Part shown: positions 38,276-51,662 of the stretch, in pieces
How positions within the stretch are numbered: the first letter of the stretch is position 1
How the letters are laid out: each line of letters opens with the position of its first letter
Source of the DNA: Phoronis australis
Taxonomy: Eukaryota > Animalia > Phoronida
Length of the DNA stretch: 64,000 nt
Direction: 5' to 3'
Assembly (NCBI GenBank): GCA_002633005.1
Contig: NMRA01000102.1
Coordinates: 262,623 to 326,622 of the forward strand
The notes under the pieces: model-generated
The model's database searches: none
Seen by the model: only the letters and a program-made list of their open reading frames with translations
What the model was told of the DNA's origin: nothing
Position numbers and translations under genes: made by a program

Positions 38276-39421
38276 GACACCAGTAGTATTTGTTNCTGGT
38301 ACGGAACCGATAACTCTCCCCTACTTGACCTCAGAATTATAGAAAATTATCCGATAAGATCGCACAAAGGTAGAAAGTACAATGCCAAAAATAATTTCGA
38401 TTTTAAATACAAAGATTTGACTCCGGCCATGATAAAGGCGAACCCGAACTCATGGTTCTAGCTCGTTCACACACTGACACAGCCAGGGCAATTATCCTAC
38501 CACCCTTCCGAAGTGTGGCTCCACTTGAACTCATCGCGGCGAGACCCCACGAGGAGTAAGCTTCTTTGCGCTTTCTAATGGACTTAACTTTCGTGATAAA
38601 CTTAAAAAAATACGATAATTGCTCTGCTTCACACACAAAGAACTTAATTAGTTTAGCATTGGTTTGGCGTTGGTGGTTCTTGTACACTACTTGGGTACCA
38701 CGGAACGGGTAGTGTTTGTGACTAGTGAGCACAACTGAGGCGTTAATGTGAGACAGCTCGCACACTATGGCACGCTGGAGCCGGACGGATTTACTGAGGC
38801 ATAAAGCTTGAACAAGTGGGAGTAGTAATTAGAATCAGAGTGGAAAAATTTAGAAAGTAGTAGAACGACACGCGACGGCCTCATCCAGTGGATCGTAATA
38901 GTTTCAAAGTTTATTTTATATTCCAGTTAGGCTACTTTAGTGACACTGAACATTGCTTGGTTTCTGAACCGAACCGTACGTAAGTAATGAAACAGACCAA
39001 TGAGCTATCCTGGTATAGCTCATTGAACAGACCAACATGACCGTGTTTTTAAAATTGAAAAAACTATAGCCGAGATTAGCAAATAGATTTTCTTCAGCAT
39101 CACGGCTTAGCAACGAGTATTAATTCAGTTATGAATCGATTATGACGGGCTAGTCACAGTCTGGCTTACTCGCTTAATAGATGGAAGATCATTAATTTAA
39201 GTCCGGCCGCTCGGCGAGTCCAGTTGAGTGAACAAAGGAACAGTCAGCACGACCGGCCAATATGGTCGTGGCTTATCATACGTTAAATCAAACTTTACAA
39301 CAACCAAAAAAGTTGTTTTGCATGCTTAAATTGCATGTTGTATCTATTGTGTCCATATAAATGAAAAATATTGGACTTCATACTTTTGGCTCAACGTTGG
39401 CTATAGATAGTAGTTACCATC

Positions 39422-39599
39422 ATGGCGGCCCCGGTGAATTTGCTACTTGGTCTGCGAAAAACTGTATCGTTCTGCTTCCAAAATACCAGAAGTTTTGCCA
39501 AATGCTGCTCCAGTTTACATTCGGTTATGAAGATTTATACGGATAATTCGTGTCGGAGTCGTTGTTTTTCGACCACACCTCAAAAGTCTTTGAAAGAAA
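39422..39599 (+). CDS. MRPS18A: Mitochondrial ribosomal protein S18A (mL66), exon 1 (targeting peptide)
   Basis: ATG GCG GCC...GAA A|gtaagt, 178 nt; R/S/L-rich, acid-poor presequence ending RCFSTTPQKSLKE. Confidence 0.88.
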
Positions 39600-39718
39600 G
39601 TAAGTTGAATAGTCCCCTCATTGGTTCCCTGTGTAGTATATTAACTAGTAATATTTCCCAAGTGTCTTACCTTGTAATAACACTATAGGTGCTCCTAGGT
39701 TCCTAGGGTCAATATGTG

Positions 39719-40224
39719 CAGGGCTTGGAATTTTCCGCAGAAACGCGGATTTCCGCTTTTTTCAAATGTGCTTTCCGCTTTTTTTATAATATTTCCGCGT
39801 AAAAAAATCGGATTTGATATAAAATTTCCGCGGCAAATTCCTTTCTTACCGCGGCGTTGCAGACGACGTTCACCTCGAAAAGCGGAAGTTGCTCTTTATG
39901 TTTCGGAGGAACGTAAATTGTCAACATTGCCGGGGCATCTGGGACAGCGTGGTGTGATTTTCAATGGCGTCTCGTGTTATTGTTAAGCGCGGCGGCAAAT
40001 ACTACCGCTCTGCAGCCAAAAATGTGTGGGTTGGGAGTGGACGGGCGAGCTAAAAGGACGCAGACGCATGCTACTGATGGTGGTAACGTTTTTTTTTTAG
40101 TCCTCCCGATTTTTGTCGGGGAAAGGTTCACATTGACCATTTCAAGACTGTTTATCGGGCATGATTTGGACCGTAAAAGTTTCAAAGTTTCCGCGTTTTT
40201 TGTCATTGGTCATTCCAAGCCCTG
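39719..40224. mobile_element. MITE with CAGGG..CCCTG ends (hAT/P-like)
   Basis: TIR cagggcttggaa / ttccaagccctg; 7-bp TSD atatgtg on both sides. Confidence 0.85.
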
Positions 40225-41381
40225 ATATGTGAGTCAGTTGGGTTCAATCGTCTGTGTTCCTAAAAGCTCTCCTCCAGTCCCTGCGCCAGCCTTTTGTATC
40301 GGCCGCAGAAGGGCCGCTGAATATTCATGTCGCGCCCCCATTGGCCATCGGCATATGGGCCGGACAGCCAAAGTCAGCAGTCCCCAAGACGAACCACAGT
40401 CGTCTTTCGATGCCGACAGAGGGCGCGCACGGCTGAAGGCCAGCGCAGCAGTAAGACACGTCGAATAACGTCTCACTACACCTGTGTGCTTAGCCGCTCT
40501 TAGCCCAGCCAGCACGCAGGTATCACACAGTGGCACGCGCTTTAGCATTGGTCGATGTAACCTTGGCAGTCATTGGTTAGCTTTACAACACCGTGAAAAA
40601 ATGGTTGACTGAACGATTTTTAGCCTTGTCATGTAAGTGGCGTCGCAGTCTATTTCGTTTCTGCAGTGATGTTTAATAGCCGCGTGCTTGAAGCACATAC
40701 ATGTACAATAAACACATATCTGGCCGATTTAGCCGGTGTGTTATTCATACTGTATGAATACAGGACACTATCATAAACAAAAGTCATCGACAGTAGAAAG
40801 ATGCATTCCGAAAAGGTGCAATCACAATTTCTAGGCTTCACATTTCCTGAACATAAATTTTAAGCACCGATTTATCTGTACAACAAACACCACATTTACA
40901 CTTCAGTCCATTAGTCATGCCAGTTTGTTTGCTTATGACTAGCCAATCAGAAACACCTGTGTAAAAAATTTTACCAAGGAAAATTAAGAGATACCTGCGT
41001 GCTGGCGCGGCTACTGCCCCACCTAGCGGCACGCAGGGAACCAGCGAGAATAGTCCCACGCTTCAGTCACGCCGACAGGAGGCAGCACAAACGGGGGACC
41101 TGTTTATTCACTGAGCAGCTAACTACTACAGTGCTCGATTTGGTGACCTGAAGTTGTCCAAATCAGCATTTTTACACAAATTAACACCTCGTAAATGCAT
41201 GAATAAGAAGAGCCTAATTGATACGAGTAATACCTTTTTGGAATCACCATGATCACCATTGCCAAACTGCATTACGTCATTGCGAGAGGAATCAGAAAAT
41301 ATTAATATCAACTATGTACGTTAATGGAGTCAGACTGTAAACAATAACTGTGAGTGCTCCTATTTTTACACTGGTGCTGGC

Positions 41382-43886
41382 AGTTTTAAAATCCAGCACG
41401 CATTCATTAATGCCAGGTCGCAAAGTTTTCCCACAATTTTACTCGCCAAAATGGATTTTTTAGATCATAAAGAAAATATTTAGATTATGCCCTTGCCTGC
41501 AGCATTAAATACTCACAAATCTCAGGTCGCAAAATTGAGTTGGTTCATGCAGGTTTGGCATTACTGTTTTTCACGACCACCATTGAAAGGCCCTAGAGCG
41601 CAAGGCTAGTTGCTGACGTTAAAGTTGAATCAGTGCTCTCTAACTGACACGAGCATTCGAGTAGCTATGTTTGCTATGTGAAAAGGGAGAAAATGCCTGT
41701 TGAAAAATTATCCGCGATTTTTCTAGGTCTGACCTGCTATATAGCTGTTATCAAAGTTGTTAAAGATCGAAACTAACTCGGAATGCAAACTCCCTCTATT
41801 TTTTGTTCGCAGCAAAAAAATTTGCAACCTGACCCGACGTTTGAGAAACACCTGTACAAAAAAATCTGTGAAATGATGCCCGAACCAAATGACATATTTG
41901 GATTCGCGAGAACAATTCAGTGCAAATTTCTCAACAAAAATGTGGGACTTATGCTGTTTATGTGGTCAACAATTAGTTTTCCATAAAGTGAATAGCCTCG
42001 AAATATTTCCCGACTGCACGCGGGTTTCCATCATGTAATTCCAGTTTGCTCCTCAATATCTTCCATGTACGGGAAAAATAGGTCAGTCACAAAACGAAAT
42101 GCATATCACTAGTGTTAAAACACTTGCGTGTCGTTAAAGATCCAAACTAACTCGGAGTGCAAACTCCCTCTTAAAAAAGTTAAAACTTTCTTTGGGAGGT
42201 ATAAAAGAAAGCCGGGGTTCGGTTTTTACATGTTGAGAAAAGACATTTTTTGAAGACTGAATTTGTTAATGTGTAAAATGAGAGTGACTCACTATATAGA
42301 CTGCGTGTCAATTTTAAAGCACACGCGGTCGTTTGTAGTGAGTGCGCTATGATGCGCGATAGCCTGAACTGTGGGCGCTTAATTGGAAATTCTCAAAAGT
42401 TGAGGGGGAACGCCTAGTAGATCAGTGAGCGCTTATTATGAAACACTTCAAAGGTAAGGAGTAGGCGCATGCGTGAGCATAGTCATTAACCTGAGTGTTT
42501 GCGGTAATAGGATATTTAAAGACTGCAATGGTAAGAAATGTTATTATATTATGATTTTGCGAGGCAAAGTCCATCTAGTAGGGGTGACTTTCTGGGTATC
42601 ATTACCACTTACACTGTACCCTTTTTAGCCATCCGGAATAATTTTGTTTTTTGTTTTTAATTTCCCGCTTCAGCCGGAACAAGATTGTTTCTATTGGAGT
42701 CTGAACATTTTACGCCGTTATGCCGGCGGTGGTCTGGGGAGCGAAAAATTGGGGGGGGGGTGTATGAAGAGAAGAATAAAAAGTTCGCTTACCACAATTT
42801 CGCATCTACTCGTTGCAATAGCTGGCTACGGGCATAGAATATCACCTTTAGGGAACATCAACTCCGGGAAACATCGGAACAGGAAAATATCAGTTCTGGT
42901 TTATATCGATCCCGGGGAATATCGTAAAGCATCGGGTCTTTTATAACTGCCAGGAATCTATTAAGTTCCTTTTCAAATAAACTACTGGCACCTGGGTGCT
43001 TAACAGAGCCAAGCCGGTATACTCTTTCATTTGGGACTGTCATTGTTCTCTTTTGATGTGCTGCCGCTGAGTGGTGCGCACACGTAACTTCACGTACTTG
43101 AATCATTGGAGTTATAGCTTTACGTTGGCAACAACGTGTGACAGGAAATCATATTTCGCGCACGTATAGTCCCAGAAACTGTAACAAGTGAAGTGGTTTT
43201 AGAATTTCTTGGCAACTCAAAAACTACTTTGTTGAAAGTAAAGACGTGGCCGTCGTTTGGCGATTAATGGGATTGTCATTTTCACCTTTGCTGTCTTATA
43301 CGATAAAAAACGAGACGTCCAATTCTAAGTCACGATTGTCTGCCAGGACGGCTTGCGCTTTAACAACGGGACCGACTAGTGCCGCAGTGCGATATCAGGG
43401 ATATAGTCGTGGATATTTGGTAATAAGGACATCTTGCGCAAAAACATGTTTCTCCACCACAAACTTTTAGTAAGTTGATCACTTAAAAATTAGTAGAAAC
43501 ATTGCTGTTTTGTTATGCTGTGTACCGAAACTTTCTGCGGTGAATACGGAAATTTGCAAAAGTACTTGAAAATGTTAGCCAATGAAATGCGTCAAAGACC
43601 GATTCTGCATTATCCCATGTTCACCCGACATGCTACAAGTTATCGGGAGGGCTGTTCTCGGTTAGTGTTCTTTTGAACTTGATTTGGCTACAACCAATGC
43701 GGTTGGATTCACAAGAGTTGCTTTATATTTGCCAGGTATCTGCCGAGAAGTGTAAAAACTCAGCTCGCATACGTCGGATATTCCAGGTCGCATTTTCCGA
43801 CTTGATATGAGCTGACAGAAATCTCAGCTCGCATTTCCAAATTTCTGGTCACAAATGCGACCTGCAGCTCGTTATGTCAAGCCCTG
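41382..43886 (-). mobile_element. About 2.5-kb non-autonomous CAGGG-terminal DNA element, copy A (MRPS18A intron 1)
   Basis: Ends gttatgtcaagccctg; colinear reverse-complement similarity to 56611-59126; left terminus missing; no coding capacity seen. Confidence 0.8.
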
Positions 43887-44446
43887 ATAGGGCCTTAATA
43901 CGCTGGAATCTTTTTGGTGAATTGTGCCTCACACTAATTAAACTATCAAAGTCCTGCTGCTATAAGTACCTTTTGTGCATAGAGGGATGCCTTAGGAGGC
44001 CGTTGATGTCTTTAATTTCTTCCAGCTCGAACAAATACTCCCATAATCAAACTTTTTCAAGCAATCCTTCATTCAGTTGCCCAAATCAGCCATTTTTACA
44101 CTGCTTGGCTTGTGCTCGCACCAGAGGATATCAAGTGTTTTGTTGACATTGTTCCTCCATCCATTACAATCTATTAAATTGGGTATTCTGCCTTTGTGAC
44201 CCTTTCCTTACCTTTTTCCTGTTTAAAGTGACTTATAAGCCGAATTATGATAATATGGTGTTGGGTGTTGGCTGCTGTTCTTCCATTACTGTTTGTGTAT
44301 TATACACAGTGCTCTGTTAACAAGTTACTGCTGCTTGGTGCGACTGAAAAAGGCCATGAAAACATAAATATCTTACCTTTAATGCTCATCTTACATTGAC
44401 TATTAACGGGGTGTTTTTAAATGTCTTGTCCTTTTCTTTGTTTCAG

Positions 44447-44478
44447 TTCATTGGACAACAGATGGAGATATCACAGTT
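44447..44478 (+). CDS. MRPS18A: MRPS18A exon 2 (32-nt microexon)
   Basis: ttttctttgtttcag|TT CAT...GTT|gtaagt; (I)HWTTDGDITV; restores phase 1 to 0. Confidence 0.85.
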
Positions 44479-45011
44479 GTAAGTGTCATACGCATCAAAA
44501 TGCTTTGTTTAATCCAACTAATGCCAATCAATCTCATCCTTTCCAGCTTTCGCTGGTGTCCTACAATACAGTTTATTTGGACCCAACTAATCCCAAGTAA
44601 TCTCAAATTATCCAGCAATTGTGCTGACCTCTGATGTCATTCATAAGAGTTGGATCCAAATGACCCCTATCAATGTTGACCTATCCAGAAATTATTGCTT
44701 CCTAAAAGCATTTTGCCTAAAGAAGCATTTTAGCTGAATCATTCTTTTAGTGCTCGTGTGACGTACTTCTTTCATAACATGGTGAAATTTCTCCAGCTTG
44801 GGACACAATATGAAGGAGAAGTTAAACTTTATTTTTTCATTTTTGTTTCAAAAAAGATGTTTGTCTTTCACAAAAAGTGTTGGAAGCCTTTGAAAAATGA
44901 AAATATCAATTTTGGCGATTTTTTGTACGACATTAGTAAGATTTTATCATCGTATGTTACAGAAGTAGTGTTGGTTGCACCTCCTGCTCAAATATTCTGT
45001 CTTTATTTCAG

Positions 45012-45119
45012 GTAGAGGGTGTTCAGGTGAAGTCTGCCCGAGAGGGACTTGTCATAGATGTAGAAGACCCACATGGTTCATGTGGGCTATGCAAACTAAA
45101 CCTTAATTTAAAATACACA
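45012..45119 (+). CDS. MRPS18A: MRPS18A exon 3
   Basis: tttcag|GTA...ACA|gtaagt, 108 nt; VEGVQVKSAREGLVIDVEDPHGSCGLCKLNLNLKYT (CxxC). Confidence 0.92.
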
Positions 45120-45702
45120 GTAAGTTGGAATCTTGTTGACATTCAAGCATGTACCTCATTATACACCAAGTATAGTAAAAGTCACAACAGCCGTGATGAT
45201 ACTAGTAGTGACATCTCTTATTAAAGTCGAATGTTAAATTAATTTTTTAAAGCCATGAACCCGCCATTCACCAAATGGCAATTTTTTTAATTTCAGACAA
45301 GTCACAGCATCTTAAACACGACTCTCAATTTGACATGTTTAATAGGGAAGTCTTTGAAAAATGCTTATTTTACAATAATCTAAAATTCGAATATTTTAAT
45401 AACACATGGCCCCCTATGGTATTTGTATTTGAGGCAGTTTATTTTTGATTTGTAAATGACCCCAACCACAAATGCGCATGTGCGTATGTGTGCGGGTATG
45501 AATGTGTTTTTTTCATTGGTAAAAAGTACAATGTTGTAACAGAGTAAATCTGCAGTGAATTCCTGAATGTGTGTTTCACGCATACATTTCAACATAACAA
45601 TAAACGAAATACAGGTGCTAACGTCTGGTCGCATGTTTAATAAAAAATTAAGATTTTTATGTTTAATCAAAAAATATGGTACTATGTTTAATTCTATTCT
45701 AG

Positions 45703-45826
45703 GATGTTTTAATACTAAGCCAGTTTTTACGACCAGATGGCTGTGTACTACCTCGGCGTGTCACAGGACTGTGCATGAAACAACATAAGAAGATAATGAA
45801 ACTAGTGAATCAGGCACAGCGTGCTG
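45703..45826 (+). CDS. MRPS18A: MRPS18A exon 4
   Basis: ttctag|GAT...GCT G|gtaagt, 124 nt; [41 protein letters not shown] is the S18 core. Confidence 0.96.
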
Positions 45827-45854
45827 GTAAGTGAAATACACTAGAATTATACTA

Positions 45855-48645
45855 CCGTAAACGTTCGGCCTGGGTGGTTAAATTGGCAAACCCAAAAAAT
45901 CGGGGGTGGGCGGTTAACCAGACATGGGCGCTTAAACGTGAAATTTCAAGAAATCCAGGGTGGGCGGTTAACTGAGCATGGGCGCTTATTACGACAGACA
46001 ACCGCCCTGGGCGGTTAATTTTACCTCATGATCAGAGTACCACACGACACACGTACTCGGAACGCATAGAACTTTTCTAAGATCTTTGGTGTCAAGTCGC
46101 CAAATGCCGCTAAAAGTGTCATAACAGCGGACAATTCCAAAAAATGTTCTGTTGCCCACAGATTAGTCAATCACAATTAAATTTACAAAATTGGTGAGTA
46201 ATAGCCCTGTGCCGTCTTGTGATCTTATTAGAGCTGTAGTGCGCAGACGACCAGTAACAATAACTTGGATTGCAACTATTCTCACGGGATGACACTTTAG
46301 AAATGTGTGCGTGCTTCACGTGTTGCAGAGGTCACAGCAGACATCAAATTTATGGTGCTTGCTATCAAGTTCCGAGTCAAAGACCAGTTTTAAAATTAAT
46401 GATGTAATAAAAGTTTGAAAAACAAATTCAGGTGTTTTTTGTTTTTGGGATGTTTATGTTGGAGATGAAATTAGATTAGATTAGACTCTGTGACTCATTT
46501 TCAACGTATAGTTCTGCAGCTAGCTGTTTTATCTCGACTGCCCGGCGTTGCCCACTTCCAATTGCGTGAAACATGCCACGCAAAGAAGATGAAAATCGGG
46601 GGTAAGCGGACATGAGCCAGTCGTCAATCAAAAGTTACCACAAAGGCATTACTCAAAAACAAGCATTTGCTTAAGATGACTATGACACTATGACACTATG
46701 ACACTATGACTATGACACTATGACTATGACACTATGACTATGACACTATGACTATGACACTATGACTATGACACTATGACACTATGACTGGGGATGAGTC
46801 TAGTGAGTGTGTACAGTAGCGTCCGAGGAAAAAATTACCAGTTCGTACACATATCTGCGTCAGTAAAAAACAATTCATAGATGTAGCCCCAATTCTTCGG
46901 GTAACCGGCATCCATGGTTTGCGCGGCTATACGACTAAATTAGTGAAGAGCTTCAACCAGCAACGCGTCCTTTCCGAGTCAGTGGTTTGCAACCGAGACT
47001 CCGTGCAGCGGCATAACAAACTGCAGGTCGCATTGGCAACATCAAATTTGGAAATGCGAGCCGAGATTATAGACGTCTTGTACCTGCCACCGGCAAATTC
47101 CAACCTACGTGAGTCGTTTTTTTTGGGTAAAATAGATAGGCCTACCTGGCAAACATAAAGCAACTCAAAAAACACATTTATTTTACACAAAATATTTACA
47201 GATTATCCTATTATAATATCACCTACGGCATTATCTCATTGCAGCACTGGTCGGTCACGCTGTTTGTAGACTTGGAAATGCCGTCAAGTAATTTAACAGC
47301 CTCTTTTAATATGGGTCTTGTTTTATGGGACAAAAGACAGCGGCTGGATTCAGCATGCGCATACGTATGAGTCACTTGTCAATCACATATGTTGTTGTCA
47401 AGGTAACGTGCACTCCAGAGTGTGGGAACTTACACGCGTGTGTACCACTTCGGAGATCGCACATCAAAAGAGAACAGCGACAGCCCTACGTAAAGGAGTA
47501 CTCTGGCGCGACTTTGTACTTTTAAGATGTTGTTACAAAAAACAGTGTTTTACGATATTCCTCCGTTCCAATGACCCAAAACTACAATGTCAAGTCTGTT
47601 CCAATAATTCCCGGCTCGATGATACCTGGACTCGATGTTCCATGCCCGTAGCTAACTGCGTGCACGTCATTACCACTGCCGCCAATTTTCAATCAGTTAC
47701 GTCGTAGATGTCTCAGACTCGAATGGTAAGAATTTTGTTCAGGCTAAAACTGCCCAATGTAGAAACAAAAATATTCGGGAAGCTAAAAGGCTTGGTGGAT
47801 ACGATAATGCACTGTTCGCAAGAAATCATACTATAAAGAACGGCAAGCGACTTTGGCAGAATTTGCTAACGCCAACTTGTTTGAGATGCAATAAGCGAAA
47901 AACAAAATTTGACTTGCATTTTTTTTATTTCTTCAAGATGATATACAAACATCCAGTAACATATTTCCAACCTTTGAATTCAGAAATCGAGAGACAAGGT
48001 ACATTGTCCGTTCGGTCGCTACACATCCTCGATAACCTGGCAATTACACTCATCAAAATAGGGAGAATTTGACATCTGTCCGTGAGTTATGGAAATTCTT
48101 CAACATACGAGAGCTTCCTATCAAAAGCGAATTGGAAGGGTTGGCAAAACCACTGTCACATTTCTCTGGCCCGATTTTTTTCGAATATGTTTTATCTAGT
48201 GCACTGCAAACAGAAACTCAGCGCGGCAGACCGCGTTGCTAAAAGCGGCGGCATTTAAGCCGGCGGTGTTCTTAAACTTTGCGAACATGGGAAGAAAATA
48301 AAAGTGACAAAACGTTCAAGTATTATATTCTGAAGTAAATCCATGACCCGAGACAAGAATTCGTTTCTGGTATTATAATTCACATTGCCAAACCGCCGTC
48401 TCGGAGGCCGTAGTTGTACTGTCTCTAGTTGTGATCATCGATCTAAAAGTCGGGGAATAGCGCATTTGTGTAGCACCGGGCACTAAGTGTTCAATCTTTA
48501 AAAGTCGGGGATGGGCGCTTAACTGAAAGGTGGGTGCTTAACTGGAAATCTTCAAAAATCGCAGATGGGCGGTTAACCGAGCAGTGGGCGGTTAAATCGA
48601 AAATCCACCTAAAGTAGGGGTGGGTGTTAACCCGAACGTTTACGG
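45855..48645. mobile_element. Non-autonomous Tc1/mariner-superfamily element (TA TSD) in MRPS18A intron 4
   Basis: ta|ccgtaaacgttcgg ... ccgaacgtttacgg|ta; subterminal gggcg(g/c)ttaa repeats at both ends. Confidence 0.85.
46676..46789. repeat. Compound microsatellite (tgacacta/tgacta)n
   Basis: Direct reading. Confidence 0.95.
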
Positions 48646-48779
48646 TAAAAGTCAGTGCCGTAGGCGTAGAGAGATGCTGATTGAAGTAAGGAACCATTCA
48701 CGGCATCAAAATTTGCCACTTTTTACCCCCTCTATCATCCCGCATAGTCATCAATTAGCCCCCCCCTCCTATGATTATG

Positions 48780-49320
48780 ACGATTTTGTTTTTTGCATCT
48801 ACAGCCAAATCTCCTTGAAACCCTTTGGAGGAACTTAGTGAACTTTGCAGACTACAAACATTAACAAGTGTCGAACTGAACCAAATACCACTGTGCTCTG
48901 TAGTGGCAAAATGTTTTTTACATTTCCCTCTGTATAATCGGAGTTCATGAATGCATTTTCATGAAATTTAGCAAAATATGTTTCTATTAAGGAGAGGAAA
49001 ACGCCTTCCCATTCGCAGACAGACTTGATGTTTTTTGCGCCACCTGATGGCAACAGATGATGATTTTCAGACCAATCAGACTATAGCTATGCCCCATAGT
49101 GTCCATTGTGGTTTCACGTTTACCTCTATGTATTGGGAGTTTCTTGGCTTTTTTCATGAAATTCGGCAAATAGTTGTGTATTACAGATACAGCGCCTCCT
49201 TCCCAATTCAGATGGGTTTCATGCATTCTGCTCCATTTAATGGTAATTTTTATGATACCAAAAATAGAAGCACACCATTTGCAGTGTTGTCATGGGCGCA
49301 TTTCAATGCACTGCGCAGCT
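48780..49320 (+). mobile_element. Degenerate HINE-family fragment
   Basis: ttttcatgaaattt, gcgccacctgatggc and 3' gggcgcatttcaatgcactgcg are shared with 17846-24439. Confidence 0.6.
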
Positions 49321-49365
49321 CGTCAAAAAGTTGTGTTGTTATAATACAACTTCTGTCTGTTTCAG

Positions 49366-49466
49366 GACTCATGCCTACTCTCCGACCACCGGGTTGGGAC
49401 GGTAAACCCAAGTCACACATGAAAAGTCCATACAAGTGGAAAAAATACAATTGTTATTTTGAGTAG
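49366..49466 (+). CDS. MRPS18A: MRPS18A exon 5 (stop)
   Basis: tttcag|GA CTC...TAG; GLMPTLRPPGWDGKPKSHMKSPYKWKKYNCYFE*; total CDS 543 nt = 180 aa. Confidence 0.92.
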
Positions 49467-50069
49467 GACATTCCTTTAGTGCGTGGAGTGATAATAGAGA
49501 CAGGACATGCAGTTGCATGAAGTATACTGTGGAAATACTTGCATCAGGATGTGATGCCATGTGCTTTTATCAACATTAGCCAATGTAATTGAGTGCATTG
49601 AGTGGGGTGCTACTGAGCCCAAATGTGCAAATGCATTCTATTGATAGTGTGTGTTCCAAGTTACACAGTAGACACCAGCACAGATTCAGAAAGAGGTTCA
49701 AACCTTTTGCTTGCATTGTGGTGATAGATCCTAAATTGTTATTTTGGGAGTGGTCATAGTATGAAGATGAAGTGTAGTAAATGTTAATGGTGCTGTGTAC
49801 ACTTGTGCTTACAAATATAGCAATTGTCAGATATAATGTGCCCACATTTTGAGAACCAGTTTGATCCTGGCTATTCAGAGGAGAAAACTGGTTCTCAAAA
49901 TGCGGGCGTGTTATATTCGACTGTTACCCACAAATATTGCAGCTGGCAACTCATTCAGAAATGAGATGGAAATTCACTTGTGATGCTTCTCAGGTACGGA
50001 CTTGCGAAAAAGCTATTTTGCATTGTCTATATAGATTTGTGAATAGTGACTGCTGTGTCAAGCAGAGTG

Positions 50070-50093
50070 AATAAATGAGTACTACTTTTTATT
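50070..50093. terminator. Opposed polyadenylation signals, candidate shared 3' end of MRPS18A and RSPH9
   Basis: AATAAA on + at 50070-75 and TTTATT at 50088-93, between the convergent stop codons. Confidence 0.4.
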
Positions 50094-50730
50094 TGTGGTT
50101 TTGAGTCAGTTCTTATGTTATTTAGGTTATAGATTAGCTGCTAGTCTGTTTCTCCTTACAGCAATAATCACATGCAGGGGTGACAGATTTTGAGAACCAG
50201 TTTGATGCCCATAGTTCATATAGGAAGAAACTGGTTCTCGAAATCTGTGTTCGCTGTAAGTGGTAGTCCTAAAGTCTCCTAGACTGAATCTTAGGCGAAT
50301 GTGTTTTCCATTTATGCATGTGTCCAGACATTATAACATTCAGATAGGTTCATACCTTCAGACATTTAAAACAAATTATCCGGGCTCGGTTGCATAAAAG
50401 TTATATGCTGGTTAGCAACAAAGTTATACGCTGGTTAGCAACAACACCAGCATCAATCCGTCTCAATATCACACTGTCATTGTTTATATTTGACGTCATG
50501 CAACAAGCAAACTTATCCAGTGGATAAACTTTTATGTAACTCAGCCTAGTAGATGAAAAGCAGCTTACACAATGATAAAGTAATTTTGGTATATTTACAT
50601 TATTTATCAGATGTTGAACGTGGAAAGTAACATAGTTTTTTATCTAACACATTTAAATTGGAAATAGATGCAAAACGCTGTTTCCAAATACAAATCCAAA
50701 AGTCAGTCCATTCTGTAGTTTGACATATGT

Positions 50731-50891
50731 CTACAACATGAATGGCAAGTCCAAATTTTTCTCTCCGGTTCCGTCATAAACAGATCCAAACTTGCGTGTT
50801 CCTGGAACGTGATAAAAGGTGAATCCCTGCCACAGTAAACTTCTCAAAGTCACCAGCCCACTACCTCGCTCAAATTGAATACTCCAAGAAC
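50731..50891 (-). CDS. RSPH9: RSPH9 exon 5 (stop)
   Basis: tttcag|GT TCT...TAG; GSWSIQFERGSGLVTLRSLLWQGFTFYH..YDGTGEKNLDLPFML*; total CDS 834 nt = 277 aa. Confidence 0.96.
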
Positions 50892-51167
50892 CTGAAAGAC
50901 AAACCATCAGTAATTTTGTCAAAAGACGATGTGTTAGTGATATGTCACAGTTTTAACTAGGACTTGCATTATTATGTTTAAAAAAACCCAATGTCTCGTG
51001 AATGAATAACAACGAAAACCAGAATTAGGAAATGTACATTCACTGTTAATAAAATGGTTTATTTATAGCACCAGCGGGCTAGGAGCTGTTGTTTTTTCTT
51101 AATTTCACATGTAAAGCATTGGAATTAACAATTTATGAAGTTTTTTATCAATGAGGCAGACGCTAAC

Positions 51168-51314
51168 CTTTTGGAATATCTTCTTCAATCACATCAAGAA
51201 AGTCTATTGCTCTGTCCATGTTAGCCTTTTGTAGTAGTGACTTCTCTGGTAGCCACTTTGGCTCTCGGAAATGAAGGTATGAAGAAAACTTCCCACTGTC
51301 AGATACACTCAATC
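51168..51314 (-). CDS. RSPH9: RSPH9 exon 4
   Basis: ttacag|GA TTG...AAA G|gttagc, 147 nt; GLSVSDSGKFSSYLHFREP..IDFLDVIEEDIPK. Confidence 0.95.
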
Positions 51315-51662
51315 CTGTAAAATATTAAAACATATCTGTGTTTTCAAAATAGCATAACTCATGACACACACAAAATAATTTAAATATTCAAAAACTGATC
51401 CACAAAGTATATACAAAAGTGTCTAAGTGTACATAAAAACATTTATAAATCAGAAATGGTCCTTAAGAAAAACAACTGACAAAGCACAAGCCAGTCATTT
51501 ACAGTTTTGGGTCAATAGTTACTCCTTCCTATACACAAAATACAGAAAAAGTGAAACTATTAATTAACAAAGGTGTCGTATGTAATGCCGTGCTCACAAC
51601 TTAAGAGTTTAAAATTCATAAAGAAGGAATGTTAGTGCCATAATGAAAATACCTCAAGCAGA

